Shown: positions 54,983-64,000 of the stretch, piece after piece | Position numbering within the stretch: position 1 is the first letter of the stretch | Layout of the letters: each line of letters begins with the position of its first letter | Assembly (NCBI GenBank): GCA_947478845.1 | Contig: CANJXC010000003.1 | Coordinates: forward strand, 177,659-241,658 | Direction: 5' to 3' | Length of the DNA: 64,000 nt | Source: Spirochaetales bacterium | Lineage (GTDB): Bacteria > Spirochaetota > Spirochaetia > JABEVK01 | Notes under the pieces: generated by a model | What the model saw: only the letters and a program-made list of their open reading frames with translations | What the model was told of the DNA's origin: nothing | Databases searched by the model: none | Translations under genes and position numbers: made by a program

Positions 54983-55855
54983 ATGGATTTTCCTATCATC
55001 GATTTCGACCCCAACGAAGACCTTGTTTTTCCCCCCAAGGTTGAGCAAAAGTACACTTCAGGCGAGTTTATGGCACATATCATCGCCTACGAACCCTCAG
55101 ACGGAAATACGGCCCTCTGGCACTTGGGCCAGAACTGTTGGATCTTAAAAGGGCCCACAACTGCCGAAGGACCCGGGAAGATTGTTTGCATCGACCCCTA
55201 CCTGACCGACTATGCGGCCAGCAAACGAACGAAGGTCCGCGTACCAAAGAGCCGCTTGCTGCCGGTTTTCATCGAGCCCGAAGACCTTCACGCGGACGTT
55301 GTTGTGATTACCCACAGTCATGTCGACCACGCCGACCCTTTCACCCTGGAAAGGCTCAAGATCAAGCAGACGGCGAGGTTTCTCACCTCGTGGCAGACCC
55401 TGAAAATCTTAACCGAGGCCGGCATTCCCTCGTCGCGCCAGTTGCTGATGCATCCCCTCCAAACGGAAACGGTGGACGGAATCGAGTTCACAGGAACCTT
55501 CGCTGAGCCTACCGACTTTGTTGACCTGAATCACATGGGTTTTGTGATGCGCTTTCCAGGCGGCAAAACCTACTACAATTCCGGGGACACCGCAAAAACC
55601 GAGCTCCTAGAGCATGTGAAGAGTTTCCAACCCGAGGTAATGAGCATCTGCATCAACGGTGGCTACCACAACCTCAGCCATTGGGAAGCCGCGGAGTTGA
55701 CGGCCCTCATCCGGCCCAAGGTGGTGTTGCCTGCGCACTTCGACATGATGCCGCACAACCTTCAAAGTCCCCACATGTTCCGCAAGAGCCTCTACGAAAA
55801 GGCAAAGGGTGTGCAGTACCACAGGGTGGAATACTACACGGCGTTTGAGTTCTGA
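54983..55855 (+). CDS. MBL-fold metallo-hydrolase
   Basis: HxHxDH motif (ITHSHVDHAD); 290 aa. Confidence 0.75.
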   Translation: MDFPIIDFDPNEDLVFPPKVEQKYTSGEFMAHIIAYEPSDGNTALWHLGQNCWILKGPTTAEGPGKIVCIDPYLTDYAASKRTKVRVPKSRLLPVFIEPEDLHADVVVITHSHVDHADPFTLERLKIKQTARFLTSWQTLKILTEAGIPSSRQLLMHPLQTETVDGIEFTGTFAEPTDFVDLNHMGFVMRFPGGKTYYNSGDTAKTELLEHVKSFQPEVMSICINGGYHNLSHWEAAELTALIRPKVVLPAHFDMMPHNLQSPHMFRKSLYEKAKGVQYHRVEYYTAFEF

Positions 55856-55860
55856 CGAAG

Positions 55861-57144
55861 CTATTCCGCCTTGACCCTCTCGATACGCGCGCCTAGAGTC
55901 GCGAGGCGGGTGGCTATGTTTTCGTAGCCCCTCTCAATCTGGTACACGTTTTGTATGGTGCTTTGGCCTTCTGCGCAAAGGGCGGCAATCACCAGTGCCA
56001 TGCCGGCGCGCACGTCGGGGCTCACCAAGTCCATGCTCTGCAAACTTGAGGCGCCACTGACTACGGCCCGGTGCGGGTCGCACAAAATGATGCCGGCGCC
56101 CATTCCGATGAGCTTATCAACCCAGAACATGCGGCTCTCGAACATCTTGTCGTGGATGAGGATGGTGCCCTGACACTGGGTGGCCACCACCGTCATGATG
56201 GGCAGAATGTCCGGCGGGAACCCGGGCCAAGGGCTGTCGTCGATCTTGGGTATTTGACCGCCGAGGTCGCTGACGATTTTCATCGGTTGGCCGGCCGGTA
56301 TGCGGATGGAATTGCCTTCGGTTTCCCAGTAGATGCCCAACTTGGCGAACCCCAGCTTGGTCATGCGCAGGTGCTGGGGTTGCACGTCGTCGATGATCAG
56401 TTCGCTGTGCGTGCAGGCCGCAAGCCCGATGAGCGACCCCACTTCCATGAAATCGGTGCCGATTCGGAACTCGGTGCCGTGCAGCGTTTTCACTCCATCG
56501 ATTTCTAAGATATTGCTGCCGATACCCCGGATGCGGGCACCCATGCTATTGAGCATTTGGCAGAGGTCCTGAACGTGAGGTTCACCGGCGGCATTTTGAA
56601 GGACGGTTTTACCTTCTGCTAGAACGGCCGCCATGATGGCGTTCTCTGTAGCCGTCACAGACGCTTCGTCTAGAAATAAGTCCAGACCGATAAGCTTGTT
56701 GGCCGTCAGCGTGTAAACTGTGTCGACTTCAAAGCGCGCGCCGAGTTCGCTGAGCGCCAAGAAGTGGGTGTCGAGGCGGCGGCGCCCGATCACGTCTCCG
56801 CCGGGGGGCGGGAGGATTACTTTGCCCACACGGGCCAACATGGGGCCGGCAAACAGAATGGAGGCGCGCACTTTTTTTGCTAAATCCGCCGAGATTTCGT
56901 GCTTATGGATATTCGTGGTTGTGACCAGAAAGGTATTGCTCGATTCGCGGATCACTGTTGAGCCTAAATCCCGTAAAATGTCGAACATCACCAAAATGTC
57001 CTCGATTTCAGGCACGTTGGTGAGGCGCACAGGTTCGCTGGTGAGCAGGCAAGCCGCTACGCAGGGCAGGGCCGCGTTCTTGTTGCCATTGGCGCGGATG
57101 CGGCCTGTGAGGGGATACCCCCCGTCGATCACGTATTTATGCAT
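55861..57144 (-). CDS. murA: UDP-N-acetylglucosamine 1-carboxyvinyltransferase
   Basis: 427 aa; MurA N-terminus ([22 protein letters not shown]); active-site region. Confidence 0.92.
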   Translation of the reverse strand: MHKYVIDGGYPLTGRIRANGNKNAALPCVAACLLTSEPVRLTNVPEIEDILVMFDILRDLGSTVIRESSNTFLVTTTNIHKHEISADLAKKVRASILFAGPMLARVGKVILPPPGGDVIGRRRLDTHFLALSELGARFEVDTVYTLTANKLIGLDLFLDEASVTATENAIMAAVLAEGKTVLQNAAGEPHVQDLCQMLNSMGARIRGIGSNILEIDGVKTLHGTEFRIGTDFMEVGSLIGLAACTHSELIIDDVQPQHLRMTKLGFAKLGIYWETEGNSIRIPAGQPMKIVSDLGGQIPKIDDSPWPGFPPDILPIMTVVATQCQGTILIHDKMFESRMFWVDKLIGMGAGIILCDPHRAVVSGASSLQSMDLVSPDVRAGMALVIAALCAEGQSTIQNVYQIERGYENIATRLATLGARIERVKAE

Positions 57145-57207
57145 GAGCGCATTATCCGGCCGAGGCCGGGGGGTGTCAAGAAATGCGCTTTCGTCGCATG
57201 GTGGGGC

Positions 57208-57972
57208 ATGACGGATTTGTTGACCTTGGCCGCTTTGGCGGTGGCCGCCTTTGCCGCGGGGCTCATCGATGCCATCGCAGGTGGGGGAGGCCTCATCACC
57301 GTACCGGCCCTTTTGGCGGCAGGGCTTCCTCCGCTGCAGGCACTAGGAACCAATAAACTGCAATCGAGCTTCGGCAGTGGTATGGCCCTCTACCGCTACG
57401 CACGGGTAGGCTTGCTCCCGATCAACTCGAGCCACGAAGTACCGCTGGCGGTGCTGTTTACGGCTTGCGGCGCCGTTGCGGGAACCCTCACGGTGGGCTT
57501 TCTGCCCGCAGGTTGGTTGAAGTGGCTCATCCCCTTGGCGTTGGCCGCGGTGCTCACATTTGTGTTTCTGCAACCCAAATGGGGACAAACCCCGAGCGTA
57601 GCCCGTTGGAAGGTTGTGCCCTTCTTTGCCGTGTTTGGCCTCACGCTGGGGTTCTACGACGGTTTTCTGGGCCCTGGCACCGGCACCTTCTGGACGCTGG
57701 CCTTGATTGGCCTGCTTGGCCGGGACCTAGCAGTGGCGACGGCTCAAACTAAAGTGTCGAACTTCACCTCTAATGTGGTCGCTCTGACCATCTTTGCTTT
57801 GCAAGGTCACGTGTTGTGGATGGTGGGGCTCGTGATGGGCCTCAGCCAAGCCGCCGGCGCCTGGTTGGGCTCGCATCTGGCCTTGAAGCGCGGCGTTAAG
57901 TTCATCCGCGTCGTGTTTCTGCTCGTGGTGAGTGCGACGCTGGTCAAGCTGCTTTGGTCGGCTGTGGGGTAA
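57208..57972 (+). CDS. TauE/SafE (TSUP) family membrane transporter
   Basis: Repeated 4-TM halves with [12 protein letters not shown] and [12 protein letters not shown] motifs. Confidence 0.75.
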   Translation: MTDLLTLAALAVAAFAAGLIDAIAGGGGLITVPALLAAGLPPLQALGTNKLQSSFGSGMALYRYARVGLLPINSSHEVPLAVLFTACGAVAGTLTVGFLPAGWLKWLIPLALAAVLTFVFLQPKWGQTPSVARWKVVPFFAVFGLTLGFYDGFLGPGTGTFWTLALIGLLGRDLAVATAQTKVSNFTSNVVALTIFALQGHVLWMVGLVMGLSQAAGAWLGSHLALKRGVKFIRVVFLLVVSATLVKLLWSAVG

Positions 57973-58581
57973 TCACCCGCCTACCACGTCGGCAGCCAGG
58001 AACACCTCGTCCACGTCGAGCTCAAAACCTGGCAGCGCTGCACTGGCCAGTTTGCCGGTTTTTTCAAACGTGACCTCGATGCCGAACTTGCCATCCGCCT
58101 GGCGAACGTACTGCTGGAGCCACTTCCCATTGGGGTCGACTATCCAGTACTCAAGGACTCCGCCGCGCTCGTACAGATCGAACTTTTCGTGCTGGTCTTT
58201 GCGGCTGGTGGAATTGCTGAGAATCTCTACCACCAAGTCGGGGGCACCCCAGATTCCCTTTTCGAGAATCTTCGTTTTGTCGCAGACCACCAGCACATCG
58301 GGCTGGACCACGGTGTCTACGTCGTCTTCATCCATTTCGCGAAGGGGTGGGAAAAACACATCCACTGCAGCGTGGAACACGGTGCACGGTTTGCCCTTGA
58401 GAAAGGTTGCCAATTGACGGTAGATTTCGCCCGAAATGCCCTGATGGGGAGTCCTAGGCGCCGGGCTCATGTTGTAGGCCACGCCGTGGATGAGTTCCCA
58501 CCTCTCGTCGCCCCACTGGCGGTAGTCGCGGTAGGTGTAGTGCTGGTCAAACTTTCGGACGGGGATTCCCATGTTCCTCAT
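57973..58581 (-). CDS. Uma2-family (DUF820) restriction-endonuclease-fold protein
   Basis: 202 aa; PD-(D/E)xK-like pattern typical of Uma2 (QPDVLVV...PDLVVEILS...KFDLYERGGVLEYWIVDP). Confidence 0.75.
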   Translation of the reverse strand: MRNMGIPVRKFDQHYTYRDYRQWGDERWELIHGVAYNMSPAPRTPHQGISGEIYRQLATFLKGKPCTVFHAAVDVFFPPLREMDEDDVDTVVQPDVLVVCDKTKILEKGIWGAPDLVVEILSNSTSRKDQHEKFDLYERGGVLEYWIVDPNGKWLQQYVRQADGKFGIEVTFEKTGKLASAALPGFELDVDEVFLAADVVGG

Positions 58582-58672
58582 GCCTCCATTGTAACCCGAT
58601 ACACAAGGGTTGGCGAGGTTTGGCTTGTGTCCTTTGTTGATCGGAACCCCTTCAGAGGCAAGACACTGGCGG

Positions 58673-59653
58673 TCAATCGCCCCCGGCCCAACGCGCTACT
58701 TCGTTGGCCCTTGCCTTCCATTGTTCCACGAGTTCCGGTGGCGAAAGGGGCCTCACCATAGAGCCCCACTGGCCGGTGAGTTGCAAGGCATCGAAGAGGT
58801 CGTTGACGCGCAGGGTAAGGTCACAACTGCCGTCGGGGTTGCGCTGCGAACTTTGCCCGTAGTGAAACCAGCTTTCCTGCACATGGGCCACGGCATCACC
58901 GAAAAACCTCAGCACTACGGTGATGGGCTGCGGTCCAACAAGGATGGTGTGCGACCCAAACGTGGACCGCAAACGATCGTTGACTTTCCCCAGGTCGAAT
59001 CGGTTGCGAAACCCTTGGTCGGTGGGAGTGCACCGCATAATGCGCTGAAGCTTGATTTGCGTCGGCTGATCGGGAAGCCCTGGACGATGGGTGAACTCGC
59101 CATCGCCGATGAGGTACCAAACCCCGTTATGGTTCAAGAAGGTCATCGGCTCCATGAGCAATTCCCGGGCCACGCCTTCCCTGTTCTTGTAACTGATCTT
59201 GACCAGTTTCTGGTTTACGAGCGACTGCACCAAGAGGTGAAAGTGCTCGGGCTTGTGGCGGTCGGGATGGGGAGTGCTGGTGTAGTGAATGCGGTTATTG
59301 AGGGCCCGCAAATCCGACTGCCCGTAGCGGGCCTCCAGGTGGCTCATCCACCCCGTTACCGGGTAGGGAAATAAGTTTGTGGTTCCGGCGAGTGCCTTCA
59401 AAAACGGCAGGAACTCGGCCTCCGCAAGGGCTTTTTCGCCGTGACGACGCTCCAGTTTCCAGCGTCCCTCGCCTTCGGATTCGAGGCTTGCGCCCGGGTC
59501 GGCCTGGGGGAGCAGTTCCCGCAGGTAAGACATATCGTCGTAGAACTGCCTGAGCTTGATCCGGTCGGCCACCAGGCCATAGTGAACCGGCTTGTTTGCG
59601 TTCAAAATTCCCAGGTAGAAGAAGAAGCGCTGGACGTTGTCGGGCTTTGCCAT
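58673..59653 (-). CDS. WYL-domain transcriptional regulator (HTH-WYL-WCX architecture)
   Basis: WYL motif (KISYKNREGVARELLMEPMTFLNHNGVWYLIGD); HTH-like N-terminus; WCX-like C-terminal domain. Confidence 0.7.
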   Translation of the reverse strand: MAKPDNVQRFFFYLGILNANKPVHYGLVADRIKLRQFYDDMSYLRELLPQADPGASLESEGEGRWKLERRHGEKALAEAEFLPFLKALAGTTNLFPYPVTGWMSHLEARYGQSDLRALNNRIHYTSTPHPDRHKPEHFHLLVQSLVNQKLVKISYKNREGVARELLMEPMTFLNHNGVWYLIGDGEFTHRPGLPDQPTQIKLQRIMRCTPTDQGFRNRFDLGKVNDRLRSTFGSHTILVGPQPITVVLRFFGDAVAHVQESWFHYGQSSQRNPDGSCDLTLRVNDLFDALQLTGQWGSMVRPLSPPELVEQWKARANEVARWAGGD

Positions 59654-59684
59654 GACCCCTATTATACGGTATAACGGTGGCACC

Positions 59685-61097
59685 ATGCTTGTTCAGAAGT
59701 TTGGCGGAAGCTCCGTCGAGGATGCGGGAAAAATACGTCAGGTGGCAGAGATTGCCTTGTCGCACCGGCAGGACGGCCGTATCGCTATTGTGCTTTCTGC
59801 CATGAAAGGCATCACCGACCTGCTTTTGGGCGCCGCTCGGGAAGCTGAGTCCGGCAAGGCCTCGTACAAAGACGCCCTTGCCACCGTAGAGTTTCGGCAC
59901 CGTCAGGCGGCCACCGAGCTCACCTCCGGACCAACCCGGTTAGCCTTGGAAGCCCATCTCGACCAATACCTGAAGGACCTTCGCGACCTCCTTCACGGCG
60001 TAGAACTAGTCAAGGAATGCTCCAAGCGCACCCTCGACTTGGTAGCCGGCTTCGGTGAACGGCTTAGTTGCCTATTGATGGCCTCACACCTCACAGGTCG
60101 GGGCGAAGAAGCTCATTTCATTGATGCGAGCAAAAACTTTATCCTCACCAACGACAACCACGGCGAAGCCGAGGTGGACTTCGAAGCCACCTACGCGGCC
60201 GTGGAAGCTAGGCTGAGGCCGCTTCAAGGGGTGATGGTGATCACCGGATTTGTGGCCAGTACTCCCGAAGGCCGCCCCACAACGCTTGGCCGCAATGGCA
60301 GCGACTACACCGCCAGCCTTGTTGGTGCCGCCATCCGCGCTGAAGCCGTGGAGATTTGGAAAGACGTGGACGGGGTGCTCACGGCCGATCCTCGCTTTGT
60401 GAAAGGCACCATTGTGCTCGACGAGATCAGCATGGAAGAAGCGATGGAGCTGAGCTACTTTGGTGCAAAGGTAATTCACCCTTCAACGATGATGCCACTG
60501 CTCGAGAGGGGAATCTCGCTTCGCATCAAAAACACGCTCAATCCAGCGGTGAAGGGCACACTCATCCGCCAGAACCCTACGCCACACACCAACGACATCA
60601 CGGGCATAGCCAGCATCTCAGCAGCAGCACTTATCAATATCGAAGGTAGCGGGATGATCGGTATTCCCGGCTTTGCCAGCCGCGTATTTGGGGCGCTTGC
60701 CAGGGTCAAGGTCAACGTGATCATGATCAGCCAAGCCAGCTCCGAGCATTCCATCTGTATCGTGTGCCGCGAAACCGAAGCGCAAACGGCGTTGGTGGCG
60801 CTGCGCGCTGAGCTGGCCATCGAACACAAACAAAAGAAACTCAAGGACTGTGAGCTGCTGACCGGCTTAGAAATTATCGCCGTGATTGGCGAAAACATGC
60901 GCGGTCGTCCTGGCATTACCGGCCGACTGTTCAGCAGCCTCGGCGACGCCAAGGTCAATGTTCTGGCCATTGCCCAAGGTTCGAGTGAACGCAATATCAG
61001 CTTTGTCATCGAAAGCAAAGACCGCGAGAAGGCCCTCAACACGGTGCACGCTGCTTTTATCGGCCCCAAGGCCGCGGGCCAAGGAGCCAAAAAGTGA
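59685..61097 (+). CDS. lysC: Aspartate kinase
   Basis: MLVQKFGGSSV N-terminus; AAK fold; two C-terminal ACT domains. Confidence 0.9.
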   Translation: MLVQKFGGSSVEDAGKIRQVAEIALSHRQDGRIAIVLSAMKGITDLLLGAAREAESGKASYKDALATVEFRHRQAATELTSGPTRLALEAHLDQYLKDLRDLLHGVELVKECSKRTLDLVAGFGERLSCLLMASHLTGRGEEAHFIDASKNFILTNDNHGEAEVDFEATYAAVEARLRPLQGVMVITGFVASTPEGRPTTLGRNGSDYTASLVGAAIRAEAVEIWKDVDGVLTADPRFVKGTIVLDEISMEEAMELSYFGAKVIHPSTMMPLLERGISLRIKNTLNPAVKGTLIRQNPTPHTNDITGIASISAAALINIEGSGMIGIPGFASRVFGALARVKVNVIMISQASSEHSICIVCRETEAQTALVALRAELAIEHKQKKLKDCELLTGLEIIAVIGENMRGRPGITGRLFSSLGDAKVNVLAIAQGSSERNISFVIESKDREKALNTVHAAFIGPKAAGQGAKK

Positions 61098-62404
61098 AGT
61101 TTTACAGCACCCGGGACCCTTCCAAGCGGGTGAGCTTTGAACAGGCGCTGTTCCAAGGCCTTGCCCCCGACGGCGGCCTATACATACCCGAGGAAGACCT
61201 TCAGCTTCAGACGCATTTCAAAGCTCTCGACAAGGGCACTAGCTTCCACGAAATAGCTGCCCTGGTGTCGGCCTACTTGCTCAAGGGGGAAGTGGACGGG
61301 GGCGCGGTACATCGTATTGTCAAGAATGCCTTTCCCTTCGAGCCTAAATTGGTCGTGATGGACGACAACCTCAGCATCGTCGAACTGTTCCATGGGCCCA
61401 GCTGCGCCTTCAAGGATTTCGGGGCCAGTTTTCTGGCCGCGGCAATGGAAGAGTTTCTGCAGCATTCCGACCGCAAGGCCGTGATTCTTACGGCGACCAG
61501 CGGCGACACGGGCTCGGCCGTCGCTCAAGCTTTCTACAACAAGAAGAACATTCAGGTGGTTATCCTGTATCCCAGCGGCCGCGTGAGCCCGCTTCAAGAA
61601 AAACAACTCACGACTCTCGGTGGCAACGTCCTCGCGCTCGAGGTGAAAGGCTCGTTTGACGATTGCCAGGCCATGGTGAAAAAGGCCTTTCTTGACCCCG
61701 AAATGAGCGCTGCGTTTCCCCTCACCTCTGCCAATTCGATTAGTCTGGGCCGGTTGATCCCCCAGTCTTTTTATTACATCTGGGCCTTCGCCCAGCTCAA
61801 AGAACAACTCAACCAAGAGTTCTACTTTGCGGTTCCCAGCGGAAACTTCGGCAACCTGACCGCTGGCCTCTATGCTTGGAAGTGGGGTCTGCCTGTCACC
61901 GCGTTTATCGCCGCCACCAACGCCAACGATGTGGTTCCCCAATACCTCGACACCGGAATCTATTCCCCGAGACCTTCCCGTCTCACGGTAAGCAACGCTA
62001 TGGACGTGGGCAACCCCTCCAACTTTGAGCGTATGGAAGCTTTGTTCCACAAGAACCGCCATCTGATGCGTGCGCTAGTGTTCGGCGACACCGTCAGCGA
62101 TCCGCAAACTCTCGATACCATGCGTACGGTGAAAGACCGCTACAACATGGACCTTTGCCCGCACACCGCGGTGGGCTACGCGGCGGCCCGCCGCTTCCTG
62201 CGCGACAACAACAGCGCCGGTCACGTGGCCGTGTTGGCCACCGCGCATCCGGCTAAGTTTTTGGAAGTGGTTGAGCAGGCCACCGGGCGCACCCCCGAGC
62301 TTCCGCCGCAACTAGCCGGTCTTGCCTCCAAAGAGAAGCAATCCATCGTGATTTCCAATACTCCCGCTGATTTGTTCAAGACTCTCAAGGATGTGCTCTT
62401 GTGA
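61094..62404 (+). CDS. thrC: Threonine synthase
   Basis: 436 aa; PLP-lysine motif (HGPSCAFKDFGA); 4-nt overlap with lysC. Confidence 0.9.
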   Translation: MKFYSTRDPSKRVSFEQALFQGLAPDGGLYIPEEDLQLQTHFKALDKGTSFHEIAALVSAYLLKGEVDGGAVHRIVKNAFPFEPKLVVMDDNLSIVELFHGPSCAFKDFGASFLAAAMEEFLQHSDRKAVILTATSGDTGSAVAQAFYNKKNIQVVILYPSGRVSPLQEKQLTTLGGNVLALEVKGSFDDCQAMVKKAFLDPEMSAAFPLTSANSISLGRLIPQSFYYIWAFAQLKEQLNQEFYFAVPSGNFGNLTAGLYAWKWGLPVTAFIAATNANDVVPQYLDTGIYSPRPSRLTVSNAMDVGNPSNFERMEALFHKNRHLMRALVFGDTVSDPQTLDTMRTVKDRYNMDLCPHTAVGYAAARRFLRDNNSAGHVAVLATAHPAKFLEVVEQATGRTPELPPQLAGLASKEKQSIVISNTPADLFKTLKDVLL

Positions 62405-63396
62405 AACTTATAACGCTCATTTTTGTCGCATTTGGCGGCCTTTTTCTGGTTTCTTGCTCGGGCCCGCCGACACTTTACCCCATCTTCGAAAAAGGAAAGT
62501 TCGGCTACGCCGATTTTAGTGGAAGGGTGGTCATCACTCCCGCTTACGAACAGTGTGGCGAGTTTACCGAGGGGTTGGCTGTGGTTATGAAAGAGGGCCT
62601 TGTGGGTTTCATCGACACCAATGGGAAAGTGGTCATCGATTTCCAATACCCCAACGCGGGCCGTTTCAGCGAGGGGTTGGCCCATGCATCTAAGGATGGG
62701 AAGACCGGCTTCATCGACAAGACCGGCAAGGTGGTGATTCCGTTTGAGTTTGATTACGCCTTTGATTTCAGCGAAGGTTTGGCCTCCATTGCCGCTTCCA
62801 ACAAGTTCGGCTATGTGGATAAAAACGGCACTGTGGTCGTTCCTCCCACCTATCAATTCACCGGGACGTTCAGCCAAGGTTTGGGTCAGGTTGTCAAAGA
62901 CGACCTCGGCGGCTACGTCGACAAAACTGGAAAAGTGGTGATTGAGCTTGGTTACACCAGCGCCAGCCCATTCCGGGAAGGCTTTGCCATCGTGCAAAAA
63001 AACAATGAGAACGAGTTCATCGACAAGACCAACAAGAAGCCCTTCGAAGTCAAGTTTGACTCCGCTGAGCCTTTCTCCGGTGGGCTGGCCTTGATCGGGG
63101 TAGGCAATCAGGTGGGGTTCATCAACACGAAGGGTGAAACCGTTGTCGCCCCGAGTTTCAAGTATGCCCGTAGTTTCGCCGAAGGCATGGCCGTCGCGCT
63201 TCAGGACGGAAAGATGGGTTACATCGACACCAAGGGTGAGTTTGTGATCAAGCCGCAGTTTTCGGCGGCCCAAGACTTTCATAACGGTTTGGCCATGGTG
63301 CTCGTGGGTAGCGAAGTGAGCTACATCAACACGAAGGGCGAAAAGGTCTGGACCCGGACGAGCGCCGAAATGCCAAGCCTCGAAACAGCGCAGTAA
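62401..63396 (+). CDS. WG-repeat (KWG-type) lipoprotein
   Basis: Lipobox LFLVSCSG; about nine tandem repeats of approximately 30 aa (G(F/Y)(I/V)DxxGKVVIxxxFxxAxxFSEGLA); GTG start overlaps the thrC stop (GTGA). Confidence 0.75.
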   Translation: MKLITLIFVAFGGLFLVSCSGPPTLYPIFEKGKFGYADFSGRVVITPAYEQCGEFTEGLAVVMKEGLVGFIDTNGKVVIDFQYPNAGRFSEGLAHASKDGKTGFIDKTGKVVIPFEFDYAFDFSEGLASIAASNKFGYVDKNGTVVVPPTYQFTGTFSQGLGQVVKDDLGGYVDKTGKVVIELGYTSASPFREGFAIVQKNNENEFIDKTNKKPFEVKFDSAEPFSGGLALIGVGNQVGFINTKGETVVAPSFKYARSFAEGMAVALQDGKMGYIDTKGEFVIKPQFSAAQDFHNGLAMVLVGSEVSYINTKGEKVWTRTSAEMPSLETAQ

Positions 63397-63399
63397 CCC

Positions 63400-64000
63400 G
63401 TGCAACACATCACCTTCCACCGCCCCGACGATTTTCACGTTCACCTTCGCCAAGGCCCGGACGTGGGTCACTATGCCAGAGACGCTCGCCATGCGGGGTT
63501 CGCCCGAGTTTTGGTGATGCCCAATACCTTGCCCCCGATTGTTGATGCCGCTGGTTTGAGCGGCTACCGACGCGAAATCGAGGTGGCGGCCCCGGGTCTC
63601 AAGGCACTCATGACCTTCAAAATCCGCCCTGACGACAAAAATCCGGGGGCCGACCGCATCCGTTTGACGGCCCTGAAGAAGGCCGGCGCTGTGGCCGGAA
63701 AACTCTATCCGGAGGGAGTGACCACTCACTCAGCCGATGGCATCCGCCGGTTAGACGACGTGTGGGGAGTTGTCGCTCTGATGGAGGAACTCGACTTGGT
63801 TCTGTGCCTCCATGGCGAAGTTCCCCAAGCCTTTAGCCTCGACCGAGAGAAAGAGTTTGTGCCCTGGCTGGAGCGCCTTCGGCAGTCGTTTCCCCGGCTC
63901 CGCATCGTGCTGGAGCACGTTTCGAGCGCCGACGGGGTGCAGGCCGTTAAGGATTGCGGTGCCTTGACGGCCGGGACGCTCACGGCCCACCATCTGCTTT
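63400..64000 (+). CDS. pyrC: Dihydroorotase (class II, E. coli-type); 3' end outside the window
   Basis: Manual translation from GTG 63400: VQHITFHRPDDFHVHLRQG...MPNTLPPI...GVTTHSADGI...LHGEV...DREKEF (HxH metal motif and family blocks); not in the supplied ORF table because it lacks an ATG and runs off the end. Confidence 0.8.
   Translation, partial: MQHITFHRPDDFHVHLRQGPDVGHYARDARHAGFARVLVMPNTLPPIVDAAGLSGYRREIEVAAPGLKALMTFKIRPDDKNPGADRIRLTALKKAGAVAGKLYPEGVTTHSADGIRRLDDVWGVVALMEELDLVLCLHGEVPQAFSLDREKEFVPWLERLRQSFPRLRIVLEHVSSADGVQAVKDCGALTAGTLTAHHLL

Noticed and set aside
1-64000. Search for CRISPR arrays, tRNA/rRNA genes, IS elements, integrases or prophage genes
   Set aside because: No spaced direct-repeat arrays, no intergenic region long enough for a tRNA with the expected structure, and no transposase/integrase/phage motifs among the ORF translations; the window appears to be core chromosome

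Overview
This looks like a densely packed chromosomal segment from a bacterium of moderately high GC content (roughly mid-to-high 50s % GC by eye, not computed). I support about 58 protein-coding genes and found no rRNA, tRNA, CRISPR array, transposase or integrase. Recognisable housekeeping genes include gatA (5' partial), gatB and an archaeal-type aspS, ilvD, msrA, purU, cdd, a class II fructose-bisphosphate aldolase, system II cytochrome c biogenesis genes (a short ResB-like gene plus ccsA), potABCD, a transsulfuration PLP enzyme, mtnN-luxS, leuB, murA, lysC-thrC, lgt, rsmE, ctpA and pyrC (3' partial). Many adjacent same-strand genes overlap by 4 nt (ATGA/TTGA/GTGA), which is consistent with translational coupling. 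Several regions are less ordinary.
- A PspA/IM30-centred cluster (a STAS plus zinc-ribbon protein, a YbjN-like protein, PspA, an OmpR-family regulator with a degenerate receiver, and two polytopic membrane proteins) sits behind a perfect consensus sigma70 promoter. Upstream on the same strand, separated by the divergent secreted-protein gene, is an NtrC-like AAA+ regulator that lacks an HTH and has GAYTDA in place of GAFTGA.
- A MinD/ParA-like ATPase is paired with a 956-aa DUF342/FapA-like protein that carries three tandem N-terminal domains.
- A RavA-ViaA-like AAA+/VWA pair is present.
- A WYL-domain regulator sits upstream of an Uma2 (DUF820) nuclease-fold gene.
- A protein with a cyclase-homology domain has degenerate catalytic residues.
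- A 1176-aa TPR protein has an acidic FG-rich N-terminus.
- A 360-bp repeat-rich noncoding region upstream of fba carries two perfect DnaA boxes.
The annotation rests on motif-level reading of the supplied translations; no database search was run.
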